A DNA stretch of 63,491 bases, the filler included, from Sphacelaria rigidula (taxonomy: Eukaryota): NCBI GenBank assembly GCA_964200075.2. It is 5 parts of 5 records of this genome, joined end to end, with 100 filler letters (N's around TTAATTAATTAA, not from the genome) between each part and the next. Parts side by side here need not be neighbours in the genome. Positions count along the whole stretch, not along the records: positions 25,440 to 38,057 come from CAXNAA020003564.1; positions 38,158 to 50,774 come from CAXNAA020003565.1; 3 more parts are not named here. One strand, given 5' to 3'. This document shows, piece by piece, positions 25,440 through 38,620 of this stretch. The first letter of the stretch is position 1, and every line of letters begins with the position of its first letter. The position numbers were made by a program, and so were the translations under genes. A model generated the notes under the pieces. The model was not told where the DNA came from. It saw only the letters and a program-made list of their open reading frames with translations, and searched no databases.

Positions 25440-25622
25440 AGAAAAGACTAAACCCTGAAAAGTTGGCCATGGTCCACACCTACGTGGTAAAAATAAATAA
25501 AAACAAACCTGGGGTTTAAGCGTAAACAATTCAGTCGTTCTCGCTTTTATCCCTGAGTTCTACTATTTTCTCCGAAACTCTCTTTTATCCTTGGGTTCTG
25601 ATTTGTGTTTCCGAAACTCTCT

Positions 25623-26585
25623 AATATGTCAAAGCTCGCGACATGCAATGTATATCGACCGAACAAGATATCACGACACGCGCCACCTCAAGATATATTG
25701 GCCGAGTAATATGTTGGTGCGAGAAGGCACCAACGTATATTTGTCGACTAATATATTGGCTACCACACGAGGTCAATATATATATATATTGATGATTCAA
25801 TATACTCAACACCCGAAGCGCCAATATATATTGCCGCCCAAAGATGTCGTGCGTCAATGCGTCCAATATATATTGGGCGGACGATACACGAGGTAATCGG
25901 CGGTCACAATACATATCGGTGTAGCAATATATGTAGTTGTATTGGCATCAGTATGGTGGGCAACTCTGTGTTCGCGGGCGTCATTGAAATATGTATCACC
26001 CCACGCCGAAAACGCTCAAGACATCCCTCCGCGAGCGTGTTCAAATTATATTGGCTGCACAACAGCTATGCGATGAGCGTGCGCAATATATGTTGGAAAA
26101 ACAATACGTTTTGCACGGTTTGCGTTCAATACATACTATGGTAGCAATATTCTACGCTTCGACTCAATATATGTTGGCACTTCAATACATACACGGGCGG
26201 CATGCACAACATATATCGAATGTATTATGTCCCGAGCAAATGCATGACCTATATATATATATATATATTGCCATACATTACTTCATGATCATGACAGGAG
26301 CAATATATGTTGTTGCTTCGAAGTCTCCGGGGACATCTCAACACAATATATATCGAAAGTACAATATTCGAGCTGGCTCCAATACAAGGTACTGGTATCA
26401 TATTGGAACATTTTGTATTGTCCAGGATATAAGCAACACAGCCCCGGTGACCACAGGGGTACCAAAAGGCGCATATCGATCCGCGTTTTCTGTCATCGTG
26501 ATGTTTAGCCAAGATATATTAATTACATGCTGTGAAGGGGATGGGCGGCCCCGCACCTGTGGCCACTGAGGTATCAGGAGGCATA
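25623..26585 (+). mobile_element. Arm A of the CACACCCTGG element (terminus lost)
   Basis: Colinear with about 11705-12600. Confidence 0.8.
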
Positions 26586-26608
26586 TATATATATATATAT
26601 ATATTCAT

Positions 26609-28275
26609 CACACCCTGGACGATACAATATGTTTCCAATATATATATATATATCAGTCGATCATATTGTAATTTTGCGATATATTGCCCGCGTAAAATAT
26701 GTTGATACCCTTGGACTGCACACGTATTGCGCGCCCAATATATATTGATGTCGTGGGACTGCATACATTTTGCCCGCCCAATATATATTCGTACTGTGGG
26801 TTTGAACACATATTGTTCCATCAGTAGGGCAGTATGGGCGACAGCATATTGGACGACCAAAATATATTAGGGTCGCATTGATGAGGACATATTGACCTGT
26901 CAATATATACATTGGGTCTGCGTGGGTGTCAATGTATTGGCCGGTCAATATATATTGGATATGATAATTATGGTGTACGCTTCAAGAAAGATCCAGACGC
27001 GATGGATGCCGGAACCCGTGCAGATTGGGAAAAGCTTTCAAGGGAGCCGCAGGAATGCGCGTGCATTACTACGGAGAGTTGTTGAATGCGCTGACATATA
27101 TATATATATATATATATATATACTGCTTGGAAAGTATGGTGACAGAAGAGGCGACCCGGAATATACGACTTCTGATACCTATCTGGCCACCGGTGCGAGA
27201 TCGCCCATCCCCTTCGCAGCATGTAATTAATATATCTTGGCTAAACATCACGATGACAGAAAACGCGGATCGATATGCGCCTTTTGGTATCCCTGTGGTC
27301 ACCGGGGCTGCGTTGCTTATACCCTGAACGATACAATATGTTCCAATGTGATACCAATACTTTGTATTGGAGCCAGCTCAAATATTGTACTTTCAATATA
27401 TATATTGTGTTGAGATATCCTCGGAGACTTCGAAGCAACACCATATATTGCTCCTGTCATGATCATGAAGTAATGTATGGCAATATATATTGGTCATGCA
27501 TTTGCTCCGGGAATAAAACATTCAACATATATGTTGTGCATGCCGCCCGTGTATGTATTGAAGTGCCAATATATATTGAGTCGAAGCGATGCGTAGCATA
27601 TTGCTACCATAATATACATTGAACGCAAACCATGCAAAACGTATTGTTTTTTATAACATATATTGCGCACGCTCATCGCATAGCTGTTGTGCAGCCAACA
27701 TGTATTGGACACCTTGCGAAGGAATGTATTGAGCGTTCTCGGCATGTGGTGACACATGTTTCAATGACGCCCGCGAACACAGAGTCGCCCACCGTACTAA
27801 TTCCAAAACATTTTCCAATCTACATGTTAAAAGTCAAAATATATTGCTACACCAATATGTACTGTGACCGTCGGTTCCCTCGTGTATCGTCCGCCCAACA
27901 TATATTGGACGCATTGACGCACGACATATCGGGGCGGCAATATATATTGACGCCTCGGGTGTTGAGTATATTGAATCATGAATATATTTTGCCCTCGTGT
28001 GGCAGCCATTATATTACTCGACAAATATATGTATAGATATATATATATATACAGATATTGGTGCTTCCTCGCACCAACATATTACTTGGCCAATATATAT
28101 TGAGGTGGCGCCTGTCATGATATATTGTTCGGTCGATATACATTGCATGTCGCGGGCCTCGACATATTGATGGCACAATATATATTGACCCTCTCTTGTG
28201 CCATCATATTTCTCGCCCAATATATATTGACCACCCGACGCGTCGACATATTGAGCGGGCAATGTATATGTACAT
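26609..28275 (-). mobile_element. Near-complete non-autonomous CACACCCTGG element (arm B, (TA)n, arm A inverted)
   Basis: Begins CACACCCTGGACGATACAATATG. 26609-27095 is the reverse complement of 30730-31192, and 27130-28275 is the reverse complement of about 11600-12621. Confidence 0.75.
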
Positions 28276-29371
28276 GTATCATTTCGCAATTTTCACCACT
28301 TTTGCCGAGTTTTCTCTGACGGCAAGGCATCTCATACTTGTACCGCACTTTGTTTTGCAGTGCACGAAGAAGGTACAGCGGTACATTACCTGTGAGGTTG
28401 AGGTGTCATGTGATACCGGTGGCGCGTGTTCTGGCCATCGAAAGTCGCCCACACTGGCTCTATTTTGCGGGGTGTCGATCCCGAACCACAAAAGCCTTCC
28501 TCAAGATGGTGGAAAACTTGAAACAAAAACCACAAGAGCCCGCTCATCGCGGGATATTTTTTCACCGTGATTGTCTTTGCGTTCTCGATTATTTGCGAAC
28601 ACGAAGGCAACGGTTATGCGGCGAATGTCACGACGACATGGGAGCAAAGCAGTTGAAAACAGCTGGATATTGCCTTGACTTAGTCAGCAGCAAACACAAG
28701 TCGAATGATCTGAGATCCTCTATCATTTAGTTTTGACGTGCAGGCTCCAACACGGTCATATCTGCGTAATGTGTGCCCCAATTATGCGAACATAACAATC
28801 CACAAAAGCATGGTGAAGAACACTAAACAATGCGCAGGTTGGTATTAGAGGAAGGGGTCACAGTCACAGCTGCAGCAGGGGAAGTCGCTGATGGCCTGGT
28901 GTGCATTGATACGGTGGATACCCACGGTGCGTGGCATTTCATTTTTTCAACACCCTGGTGTCTAATGACGGCTAGATAGAGTGGGTACAGTGACAGTTGT
29001 CCACGCAGACTGCGACAGATCCTGCCGGCCTCATCATTAATCTTCGCCTAGTTATGGACGAACGCTGGAAGAAACCCAGCAAACAAGCGTAGTTTATGGT
29101 CCGCTGTATTGGCTGTATATGTGAGGGTTGGGAGCTGAACATTTCCGCTTCAAAAATCTCGACACTCTCGAAGATGAAGCTCCTGTCGCGCAACCGGTGG
29201 GTAGTGCCACGGACCCTTGCCGGCGTGACTGGCACTGGGGGCGACATCCCGGTGCAGACAGTCCCATCACTACCGGGACGGCCGTGCAAACAGGCCGGCA
29301 GCTAAAATGGCCGTTGCACCGGGGTTCTTCTAGCGTTATCAACTGGGAGTACGGCCGCACAGGCTTTGCAT

Positions 29372-29768
29372 GCGAATATTTCGGTGATTACCTCACTTCC
29401 ACTTTAGCCATGTGCTGTGGATTATTTCACAATCTTACCGCCTGATATGTATGGAAATGTATTACACCCTAGACAAGAGCTTTTTACAGTCAGTATGCGA
29501 TTTAAAAGCATGTACTGTGCACAGTATAGAAGCTACTGCCTTCTGCGACGTGCACAGTACTTGTACAAAAGTGGGAACTGCGCGCAGTATGACTCCAAGA
29601 CAGAGTAGAAATCTCCACGCAGTATGAATTGTTACAGCCGGCTTGCGCCCCATAGCGGCTGTGCTACCATACAGCTCCGCTCAAGATACAGGCAGGAATT
29701 ATAGGGGCAGAGGCAACCTATTACTCTTGCGTGCGCCACCTAGGGCGAATGCACACTTGTCTGCAACA
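29372..29768 (+). repeat. Dispersed repeat C
   Basis: Reverse complement of 18100-18503. Confidence 0.85.
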
Positions 29769-30125
29769 CCGACCGCTGTACTAGATGTGGCAGAGCAAGG
29801 GGTGGTACACCACGTACACACAGACAGCAAGCAGTATCATACATATATACTGTATTGTATTCAAGTGTGATTTGAAATCTGTGCGCGCGGGGTCCGGCCT
29901 GCGTTCAGAAAATCCTGCACAAGTTCGCCGTGTACTACAGGGATGCGACCCTATTTCAATAGCAATCACTTGAGATGTGTGCTGTGACGGGTCTCGTGCG
30001 TGTTGGTGTTTTTCCCACGTCCGCACACCGCCCGTGAAGCGAGCTCTTCATGCTGGAAGTGTCCACCGCTCTTCCCGCCTCTCTTGGTCTGAGACACTTG
30101 AAACTGCGGAATGTGACAGTATCTA

Positions 30126-30556
30126 ACAGTGGATTCTCGAAAATGGGGTTGAAAAAACAAGTGAGGTTCAACCAGGTTCAACTCAAGAGCCGTGCTTTCT
30201 CCGACCAAAACTCATCACAAATGACGTTCAAATGGACCACTCCATCCCTCCCGACCTCCCTAAAACCATATCGGGGGATTTCTAGCCTTCCATTCCCCCA
30301 AAGGGTATGTGCGAAAGCACACTCTTGCCTCGATTTCGGGGTGAAAAAACAACGTTTTTTGTCCCCAAAATCGTGCTTTCGCACACCCCCTTTGGGGGAA
30401 CGGAAGGCTAGAAATCCCTCGAAATAGTTTCAAGGAGGTCGGGAGGGATGGGGTGGTCCAAATAAAAGCCATTTGTCATGATATAAGGCCAAGGAAAGCA
30501 CGGCTTTTGAGTTGAACCTCACTTTTTTTTCAGCCCCATGGTCGAGAATCCACTGT
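30126..30556. mobile_element. Foldback MITE with about 190-bp arms and a 6-bp TSD
   Basis: acagtggattctcga...tcgagaatccactgt; the arms pair in to gtgcgaaagcac/gtgctttcgcac. TATCTA lies on both sides (30120-30125 and 30557-30562). Confidence 0.88.
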
Positions 30557-30729
30557 TATCTACTGAAAGGTACATATTCTCCCACACAATTGCCTCCATA
30601 ATATGAAAAAGGAATAACATTGGTTTATTCTCGACTTGCGTCACCCCCGGGAGGCCAGTACCAACCTCCCGAAGGGGAGCCTTGCCTTATATGTTGTATT
30701 GTTCAGGGTCTGATAAATGTATATAACGC

Positions 30730-31192
30730 AGTCAACGTAGTCGACGACTCTCCGTAGTAATCCACGCGAACTTCTGCGGCTTCATTGAATCTTTTCCTGA
30801 TCTGCACGGGCTCCGGCATCCATCACGTCTGGATTTTTCTTGAGGCGTACACCATACTTATCATATCCAATATATGTATCGACCGGCCAATTCATTGACA
30901 CCCACGCAGACCCACTATATATTGACCGGTCAAAATGTTCTCATCAATGTGACCCTAATATATTTTGGTCGCCCAATATGCTGTCGCCCACACTGCCCCA
31001 ATATATATATATATATTGATGGGACAATTTGTGTTTAACCCCACAGTACCAATATATATTGGGCGCGCAATACGTGTGCAGTTCAAGGGTACCGATATAT
31101 ATAACGCCTGCAATATATCGCAACATTTCAATATGATCGACTAATATATATATATATATATATTGGAAGCATAGTTTATCGTCCAGGGTGTG
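30730..31192 (+). mobile_element. Arm B (right end) of the CACACCCTGG element
   Basis: Ends TATCGTCCAGGGTGTG; reverse complement of 26609-27095. Confidence 0.8.
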
Positions 31193-34100
31193 CAATGGTC
31201 TGATGGCCATGGCATGCGTGATAGAGGTTTCGGAATCGTTGTTCTGGCGGAAGAGAACTCGCCTTGATGTAAACAAGGGGGTCCGGGCCTGCTGGATCAT
31301 TGCGACGCACATATCTCGTGCCCTCTTCTGGTACCTTCCGCATGGCACCAGTAGCTGCGCTGCAATCGCGCACGCGTCTCCTCCGCTGTCGCAAGCGTCA
31401 TCAGCAACGCTGCTAGTCGGATGTCAAGCCGTACGTACAGGGTGCAGCCATCCCGTCCACAGTAAGCGTTGCATTACCCCGAGCTAGACTGCAACCGTAA
31501 CGAAACCCCAACTTGGCTCCTGAACTTTGTTCTGTTACGGCGATGCTTTCGATCAAGAGATGAAACGCGAAATTGTTTCAGCGCCCGAGAGTCTTGCTAT
31601 GATGTGCATTGTCTGCAGTACCGTTATCCTCTACGAGACTGTAAAAAACCCGCAGCAGACCGCTGGCGCCAATCGGCTAAGTCTGCGATGCTGGTTGATA
31701 CATGCGTGCGGGTCCGGCAATCATGTCTCTCATACGGTTTGTTCAGACTTGAGTGTTTTGATTCACTTTTCGCGAGCTTGGAAACGATGGCATGTATCTT
31801 GACCCAAAAATTGCCATCATGACTTCGGATCCGGATTGGTTCGTTTTGGTTTCTGGCAGATGTGAGTCCACACAGAAGAATGAACAAGGGGCCGAAGGGC
31901 AACTCAACCGAGGAATGTATTGCAAGGTCTAGCTCATCACTTTACACTTTACACGGGCACTCATTCATCGACGTTGCACGGGCTGATGCAAACGTACAGG
32001 TTCCTCAATGTACAGCTGCTATCGCCAACATCTGTGCACGGCTCAGCATAGGCACACTTCCTCCAACGATAGCCCTCTTTCAGCAACGTGAAGGAAGCTT
32101 TGGTCAACCCTTTTGGGAGTCGGAGTCGCAGCAACATGGGGTTGGCACGCACGGACCTTCATATGAATCTGCAACGTTTTTACCTGAAAAGACGACGGAA
32201 AATGATCCAGATTCATGAAAAAGCTCTTGCGTGCAAACAACATCTTTCTGGGAGTCCGGCCCCAAAAGGTTACGGAAGTCAGTCAGTGGGGGATGAGCAA
32301 CATCCAGACTTACGAATTCGAAATGAAAACGGGTGTTTCTGCACACCCTTTGTCCTTATTTTGGCCCCATGCTTGCCGAAAAATATTTCATTCAGTTGCT
32401 TGCTGGATCCCACCCAAATATAGTACCACACCGTGCTCAGTCCGTGCTCAGTCAATCAAGAGCCATTTCGGTGTTCGTGTTGCTGCATCGTGAGCAGAAG
32501 ATCCAGGCACGGCGTGGATTCAGTGTAGTGTACATGGTTGCTCCACGAGCGGCGTTGCATCGCTTCTCATGTTCCCGTTCACCGAGTGAACCGCTCATTT
32601 TACCATGTCAGGACGTATTTTGCCCTCCGAGGAATTCCCAGCGTTGACTGACCAGACAAACAACGAATAAAAACAAGGTTTCCGGGTTCCCTTATCAGCG
32701 ATCCGATGAGAATATGTTTTCTGGCGCTCAAACCTCTTGTCCAAGTTTTTGGTGAAGACATGAGCCCATGGGTACGTAGACATGACAACTTCGCCAAACC
32801 CCGGTCTGACGTAAGGCCTCGGGTTCGCGCACGATCGACACGCCATGCCGTTCGCCTCGAATCCTCTCGACTGACACGAAATTGTACACTTGTAAAGCAC
32901 ACCGGAGTACCCGTGCCCACGGGTGATCACTCGGGAGCACTGCAGTACACTACATACAGCTCGGCAAGAACGACCAATCTCGTAGTGTTACCGGTAGGTG
33001 CGTAGGTGTCCCCTCCATACATGCAAAGTTTTGCACACTCCTAAGGAGTTTCGAAGATAGATGGTGCACTTTCGCTCACTCTGATATCGCGCCTCAACAC
33101 TGCTGACAAATTCTTGTCGAAAGTTGCAGATGAAACTGGTCATCGGAATGCCCTCGGCCGCGCTGGGAGGGGCCTCTCAGATTGCGGGGATGGCGAAGGC
33201 TACTGGTCCATCTGTAACGGAACTACTCAATCGGGCCAGGTCACATTCCCCCTCCGCCAGGTATATATTGTCTCATCTGCGTTGCTTCAAGTGTACGGTA
33301 CCTTGTCACACAGCCATGCCATCCTCTGTTCGCGTGCCGCATTTTTTATCGTGAGGTAGAATGTGCATATGCGCGTGTTTCTGTGTATTTGTGACTCTTC
33401 GTGTGTCTGTGCCTCTTTGCTTGTGTGACGGTGTGTACGTGTGTTCACCCGAGTATCGAGTCTGTGCTTGCGATGTATTCTCCGTCGCCTCGACGTTTTG
33501 GATATTTTGAGAGACAGGCCAAGTCAGTCTCGTGCACTAAACTCATATTATAGGAAGGGAAGTACACGTAGATTTCATGCGGCAGGCCCTTCTTTCTTCT
33601 GTCGTGAATTGAGAAATGAGACGTCTGCATGAGACAACCAGAGCTGGTTGCCGCCGCATCCTGCAGACGCCGCCACCATCGACGGTGACTGCTTGCTGCG
33701 CAACTCTGGCGGGGGTACTCTTTCTGTGGAGGCGACCGGTGCTATGTTCTCCTGAAACAAGAAACCCCCACACGTTTTTGTGTGGTACGCTTAGGAACTG
33801 CACAGTGTATTCAATCAAGCGTTGCGGATCTATCACTTTCCCCCCTCGGCCAGTGGTCTTGCGGTGCAGCACAGTGCAGTACAGTACAGGGCTGTGATAA
33901 TGTGTTTCTGTCTACTTCCCCTGTACTTTAAGTAATGCTGCTCGCGAAGTTCAGGCCATATCTCCCCATAAGGTCTCAGCAGTCAATCGGTAACCTAACA
34001 CCTACGATGCAAAAGTGTGCTCACAGGGGGAAGGCGGGGGATGAAAGTCATGGTTTTGAAAAATGTTGAGGACAGAATTGCCCATATTTTGTGTTTTTTT

Positions 34101-34221
34101 TGCATTTTTTAGAATTACACGTTTTCCCCCCCAGACTTTTGACGTTTATTTGCTCATTTCCCACCACGACCACAATGGGCTTTTCCGTGCACACATCCCA
34201 CGTTGTGACCGGGGCGCCTAA

Positions 34222-35850
34222 GTGACATTGGGCCACCGTCATGCCATGACGGTGGAGATAGCGCTGGTCATTGAACCGGACAAGCCAACGCTGCCAAAGG
34301 ATATTCTAGGTCCGCTCACCGACCGCTACGGTGTCGGTCTCGACCACCCCACCATACTATCAAACACCTGCAAGGCTCAGGTAGAAATGCCGGGGAGCTC
34401 GACCTCTCAAACAAACGTCGGAATGGGCGGCCGTCGCGTCTTCTTCCAGCAGAGGCCGCGGCGCTGCGGACGGTCGACAAGCCGAATCGGTATTTTATGC
34501 TCAGGTCGCTCCTTACAGCAAACAAAAATAAAGTCCTGCAAAAATGCTTTTTGGTCCTTTTTCGCCGTTTCGCCCTAAAAGAGCGTGAGGCGGAGATTGA
34601 CACCTTGGAATGACTTGCTCCACTTGTTGAGACGGTTCTCGGACATCTTCGCGTGATCCGGTGGCCGCAGATTGTATTTTGGCAAAACTTGAATTTTTGT
34701 CCAAGAACGGTCATGAACAGTCAAATCTAGGAAAACCTGCCATTTTTCTCTGGACCTGACCGTCTCTGGACAAAAATATTTCGGTCAAAATGAATAAAAA
34801 AAGTCCACCGGACAACACGAAGATGTCCGAGATCCGTCTCAACAAGCAGAGCAAGTCATTCCAAGGTGTCAATCTCCGCCTAGCTCTTTCAGGGCATAAA
34901 ACGACGAAGAAGGACCAAAAAGGCGTTTTTGCGGGGCTTTTTTTTTCGTGAGGTCTTTGTTTGAAGAAGAGACGAAAGCGTTGGCTGGCCGCATCAAGCC
35001 CTCCTAACCCTAACCCTTTCCGAGCCACAAAAGAAGCACTGGGGCGATTTTTTCTGCAATGAGGTATTAATATACGAGGCAACCGGTAGCTCCCTTGAGT
35101 AAAGAAACGTCATGGACCTGGACGAAGGTGGTTTTTTCTGCTGAGGGTCACGGAGAAGGTTCCAATCATTCCGGGTAAAGCTATCCCCGGGTCTCCCTGC
35201 GTACAACACAAGAGCCACCTTCTGAAGATCATGGTGATTTTGGCAAACGCTTGGCCGTACACAAGCCATGACTTGGACGGAGAGACGGGTATCCGGCGCA
35301 TTTGCGTGCTGGAAACGGCCGAGAGATCGTCCAAGAAGGAAGAGGGAGACAGAGCACGAGTTCGACTGCACGATCGACGCCTACTGGTACAAGACGTAGT
35401 GCTTCGACAAATTTCTGCCTGCAGTCAAGCTCAAGATGCCGTGGCTAGGCTCGAAGCGAGTAGTGGTAGTAATTCAGCAGGACGGCGCCAGCCCTCACAC
35501 GGGAAGAACCAACATCGGAACTCTGAACTCTGTAGGATTGTGCGGTTGGATGGTGGAGGTTGTGACGGAGCTTTCCTGACTAGAAAACTAATTATTCGGG
35601 CTTCTTTGCATTTTTCTGGCCAAGGGTATCGAGGATGAATGCCAGTGCGATAGACGAGTTAGTAGACACTATCTTTATGTAGTACGAAGAGTACGACGAA
35701 AACGATACAAAGGGCTCGGCGAAGCCTTTTCACGATCTAGAACAAAATACCCGGTAAGTTAAGCGATAGAGACTCGGGAAGAGGGTGAAGCATACCGGAA
35801 TGGCGGCGCGGGAGAGGACGGGAACGTTGGAAATGATGATAGCATACGAT
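34222..35850 (+). pseudogene. Degenerate Tc1/mariner transposase (plant-mariner/DD39D-like)
   Basis: Across frameshifts: LDLSNKRRNGRPSRL, DLDEG.FF, CVQHKSHLLKIMVILANA, DGETGIRRICVLETAERSSKK, LPAVKLKMPWL, IQQDGASPHTG, PD*KTNYSGFFA (similar to SPDLN..DLGFF), KHTGMAARERTGTL. Confidence 0.8.
34524..34946. mobile_element. Foldback MITE inserted in the mariner transposase
   Basis: Inverted arms of about 190 bp, e.g. ggcggagattgacaccttggaatgacttgctc / gagcaagtcattccaaggtgtcaatctccgcc. Confidence 0.85.
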
Positions 35851-38057
35851 GGTGTGGCCTTTTCACTCAAGACTTGGGATCCCCGAGCATCAAGTGCCAT
35901 GAACGGCGAGGACGATTACTCTTTCTTTTTTTTGGCCTTGTGCTATACGGATTTCCCCCTGGAGACGCAGGGGCGAGAAACGGCCATTTTTTGGCCGACT
36001 GAAATTTGCCCGGCCGTTCACCCACGTAGGGTACAGAGTGGTTCAGGGTGAATGCCCTGACTGTATTCCCCACTAGATACAGAGCACAAAACTGACGGAA
36101 ACATATTTAGTATCATAGTGACCCCCACGAGCATTCGAACAGTGTGACATGGCCAGACTTTTCTTGCGTCCTGTGCCGTGGCGCTGGTGGTAAGTATGTT
36201 TCTTGGCCAATCAGGGGCCTTCAAATTGTGTTGAAATTATAAAGGCGAGGTCCCGACAAATTTTGCACCCAGTTTCATGACGAATCAAACCTTAGTAACC
36301 GCCATCAGTATCAGCTAGAGAATCTAACGCAGAAAATAGTTGTGAAAACGGTTGGTATTGGATAGAGATATGTACCCCGAAACGTGATATTTCGGTGATG
36401 CGGGGTTTTGACGTCGTCGGATTTACACTGACAATAATATGAATCGAAGACCCCCAAAGCCTTTTGACGTTTCCCTTGTAACTTTCGTCGAAAATCTCCG
36501 ATCATCCTCAAACGTGGCAGTTGGGTAGATATGGGTGCGACAAGTGGATCAAGAGTCGTTGAAAGACATTCCAAAGTTCATCCGCTCTCGAGCGGCTTCC
36601 AGGGGTCCCAGCGTGAAGACTCCTAGAAGCCGGTACATTTTTGCCTCAACATAAAGGTCGAAGTTTGCCTCGTCCCAAGGTCGTCCAAGGAACGCTTGTA
36701 CAAAGTTTCGTTGCGTATGGTAGTTTTCAGCTGAAATAGGGGATTTTTGTCATTTCTCCATATTTGCCGACTTTCAATGGTTTTTTCTCTCACCACTCAT
36801 CCCATTTAACGCTTCATCCCGAAGTTCGGGGGTGGGTAGATACTATGCATCCGTTTTACAACCTCAAGCAAAAATCATCCCTGCGCTCAACATTAAACGA
36901 CTCATTAGCTGAATTGACAGGAGATGTTCTGGCCGTTTTTGGTCCGAGGGACAAGTTTTTTCGGCTCCAGCGCGATGAGAAGGCATAAAAAAGAAAAGAG
37001 GTCTGTAACAATATCCACGAGAATGATCAGGATTGATTCACCCTCCCACCTCCCCCCCTCACCCCCTGTGCTATGCAGAGCTCGGTTGGGCAATTTACGT
37101 TCTGGGGTTCTTCTTGGATTTTCTCGTAGAGTATTCTTTCTCAGCACTCGAAAGTCCTGCGTCGATGGATATGGGGAAAAGAAGCAGGTCGTGCTTAGGA
37201 CACATTCCTCAATTTTTGTTGTCGGGGTGATACGGAGTAAGTGCCTCTTTTTGCAGGGGGTGTGATCGACCATCAATGGTGGAAAATCACAGTTTTCAGT
37301 CCTAGCGCAATAAAAAGATAAAAATTCGAAAAGCAATAATTTTCATTTGTTGACGAGAGCGATCGGGATTGCTTTTATGGAGCCGAAATGCCCAAGGATC
37401 AAAATCTGGGGCTCGGTAGTCGCACGTCCCCCGAAAATTGGTCAGCCCGTGAGTCGTTCAATATTGAGTGCAGATATGATTTTATTTCGAAATGAGGAGC
37501 GGATGCCTAGCATCTCCCGATCCACAAACATTGGGATCTAACGTTCACTGCGATAAGCGGTGACACGCGAAAACACTTTTGACAACCGCTAACCGCGAAA
37601 CAAATGCAAAAAAACTATTTCAGCTCAAGACCACTGAAGCTCGAAAACCAGATCCCGAATCTTCGATTGGAGCTCGAACGCACAAGAGAAATGTCGGTAG
37701 CATACTATAATCAATAATCAAGCAGTAAGGGGGATTCTGCGTACATTTACATACTTCAACGCACGTACGGTCAATTGCCGTTCCTACTGTACATATCATA
37801 GGGTTTCGAAGATTGTCGAATCAGGTATTTGCCCCAGGGCGGGGGCGGGGGCGGGGTCACAGAGGAAGAGCAAAATTATGTTCATGTGAATATAAACATC
37901 AAGACCGGCTTCGCACCGTTCCTCTCCAATACTGACAACGACAGGAGGCAGGGGACTGAACAAGCACTTTGCTTATATATAACATGTACCCCCCCCTCCC
38001 CCCCCCCCCCTCCTCCCTCTCCCTTCAGCTTAGGTCATTCTTCCTTAATTTATCTTC

Positions 38058-38157
38058 NNNNNNNNNNNNNNNNNNNNNNNNNNNNNNNNNNNNNNNNNNN
38101 NTTAATTAATTAANNNNNNNNNNNNNNNNNNNNNNNNNNNNNNNNNNNNNNNNNNNN
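38058..38157. other. Artificial contig linker
   Basis: N44-TTAATTAATTAA-N44. Confidence 0.97.
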
Positions 38158-38601
38158 AGACCCGTTGTCGACTCTGGCCATGGCTCGCTTTTGTTTCGGT
38201 AGACAAGACTACAGGTCTGTTCAGAGTTGGTCGGATACGAATGTGAACCTGTATAATTACAGGGATGGCTCTGTCTTTGATCGTGCTACACGATCAAAGT
38301 CCCTCCTCATCAACTACCATCAACTGCTCCTCTATTGCCCTCCAGCAAAAGAAGTCGAACTAGCGGTGAGACGCACTGGGTTGAATTGGACTAATTGAGT
38401 GGGTACTGGAGTTAGAATCAAGAGAATCAAGAGAGAAGTGAAGAGCCTATTGCGTGAGAACCCGTCTGATATTGTGTTGAGCTGTGTTCAGCAGTGTGCA
38501 GAGCTGTGCCAGCCTGACGATTGTCCGCTGGCCTTGTGAGCCTGCACCTTGGACTTCAACCTGTGTCCTTTCATTATACTGCCCCTTTGCTCTTTGTTAC
38601 A
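38158..38601 (+). repeat. 5' LTR (first 38 bp lost at the contig start)
   Basis: Direct repeat of 46981-47424 with about 8 substitutions counted by eye; ends ...GTTACA. Confidence 0.95.
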
Positions 38602-38602
38602 T

Positions 38603-38620
38603 TGGCGTTTGACTAAGGAG
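38603..38620 (+). promoter_or_regulatory. Putative primer-binding site
   Basis: TGGCG... begins one base after the LTR end (TGG is the complement of tRNA CCA); the priming tRNA was not identified. Confidence 0.6.

Noticed and set aside
31193..33900. Decayed coding region
   Set aside because: Only short overlapping ORFs, with no motif I could recognise.
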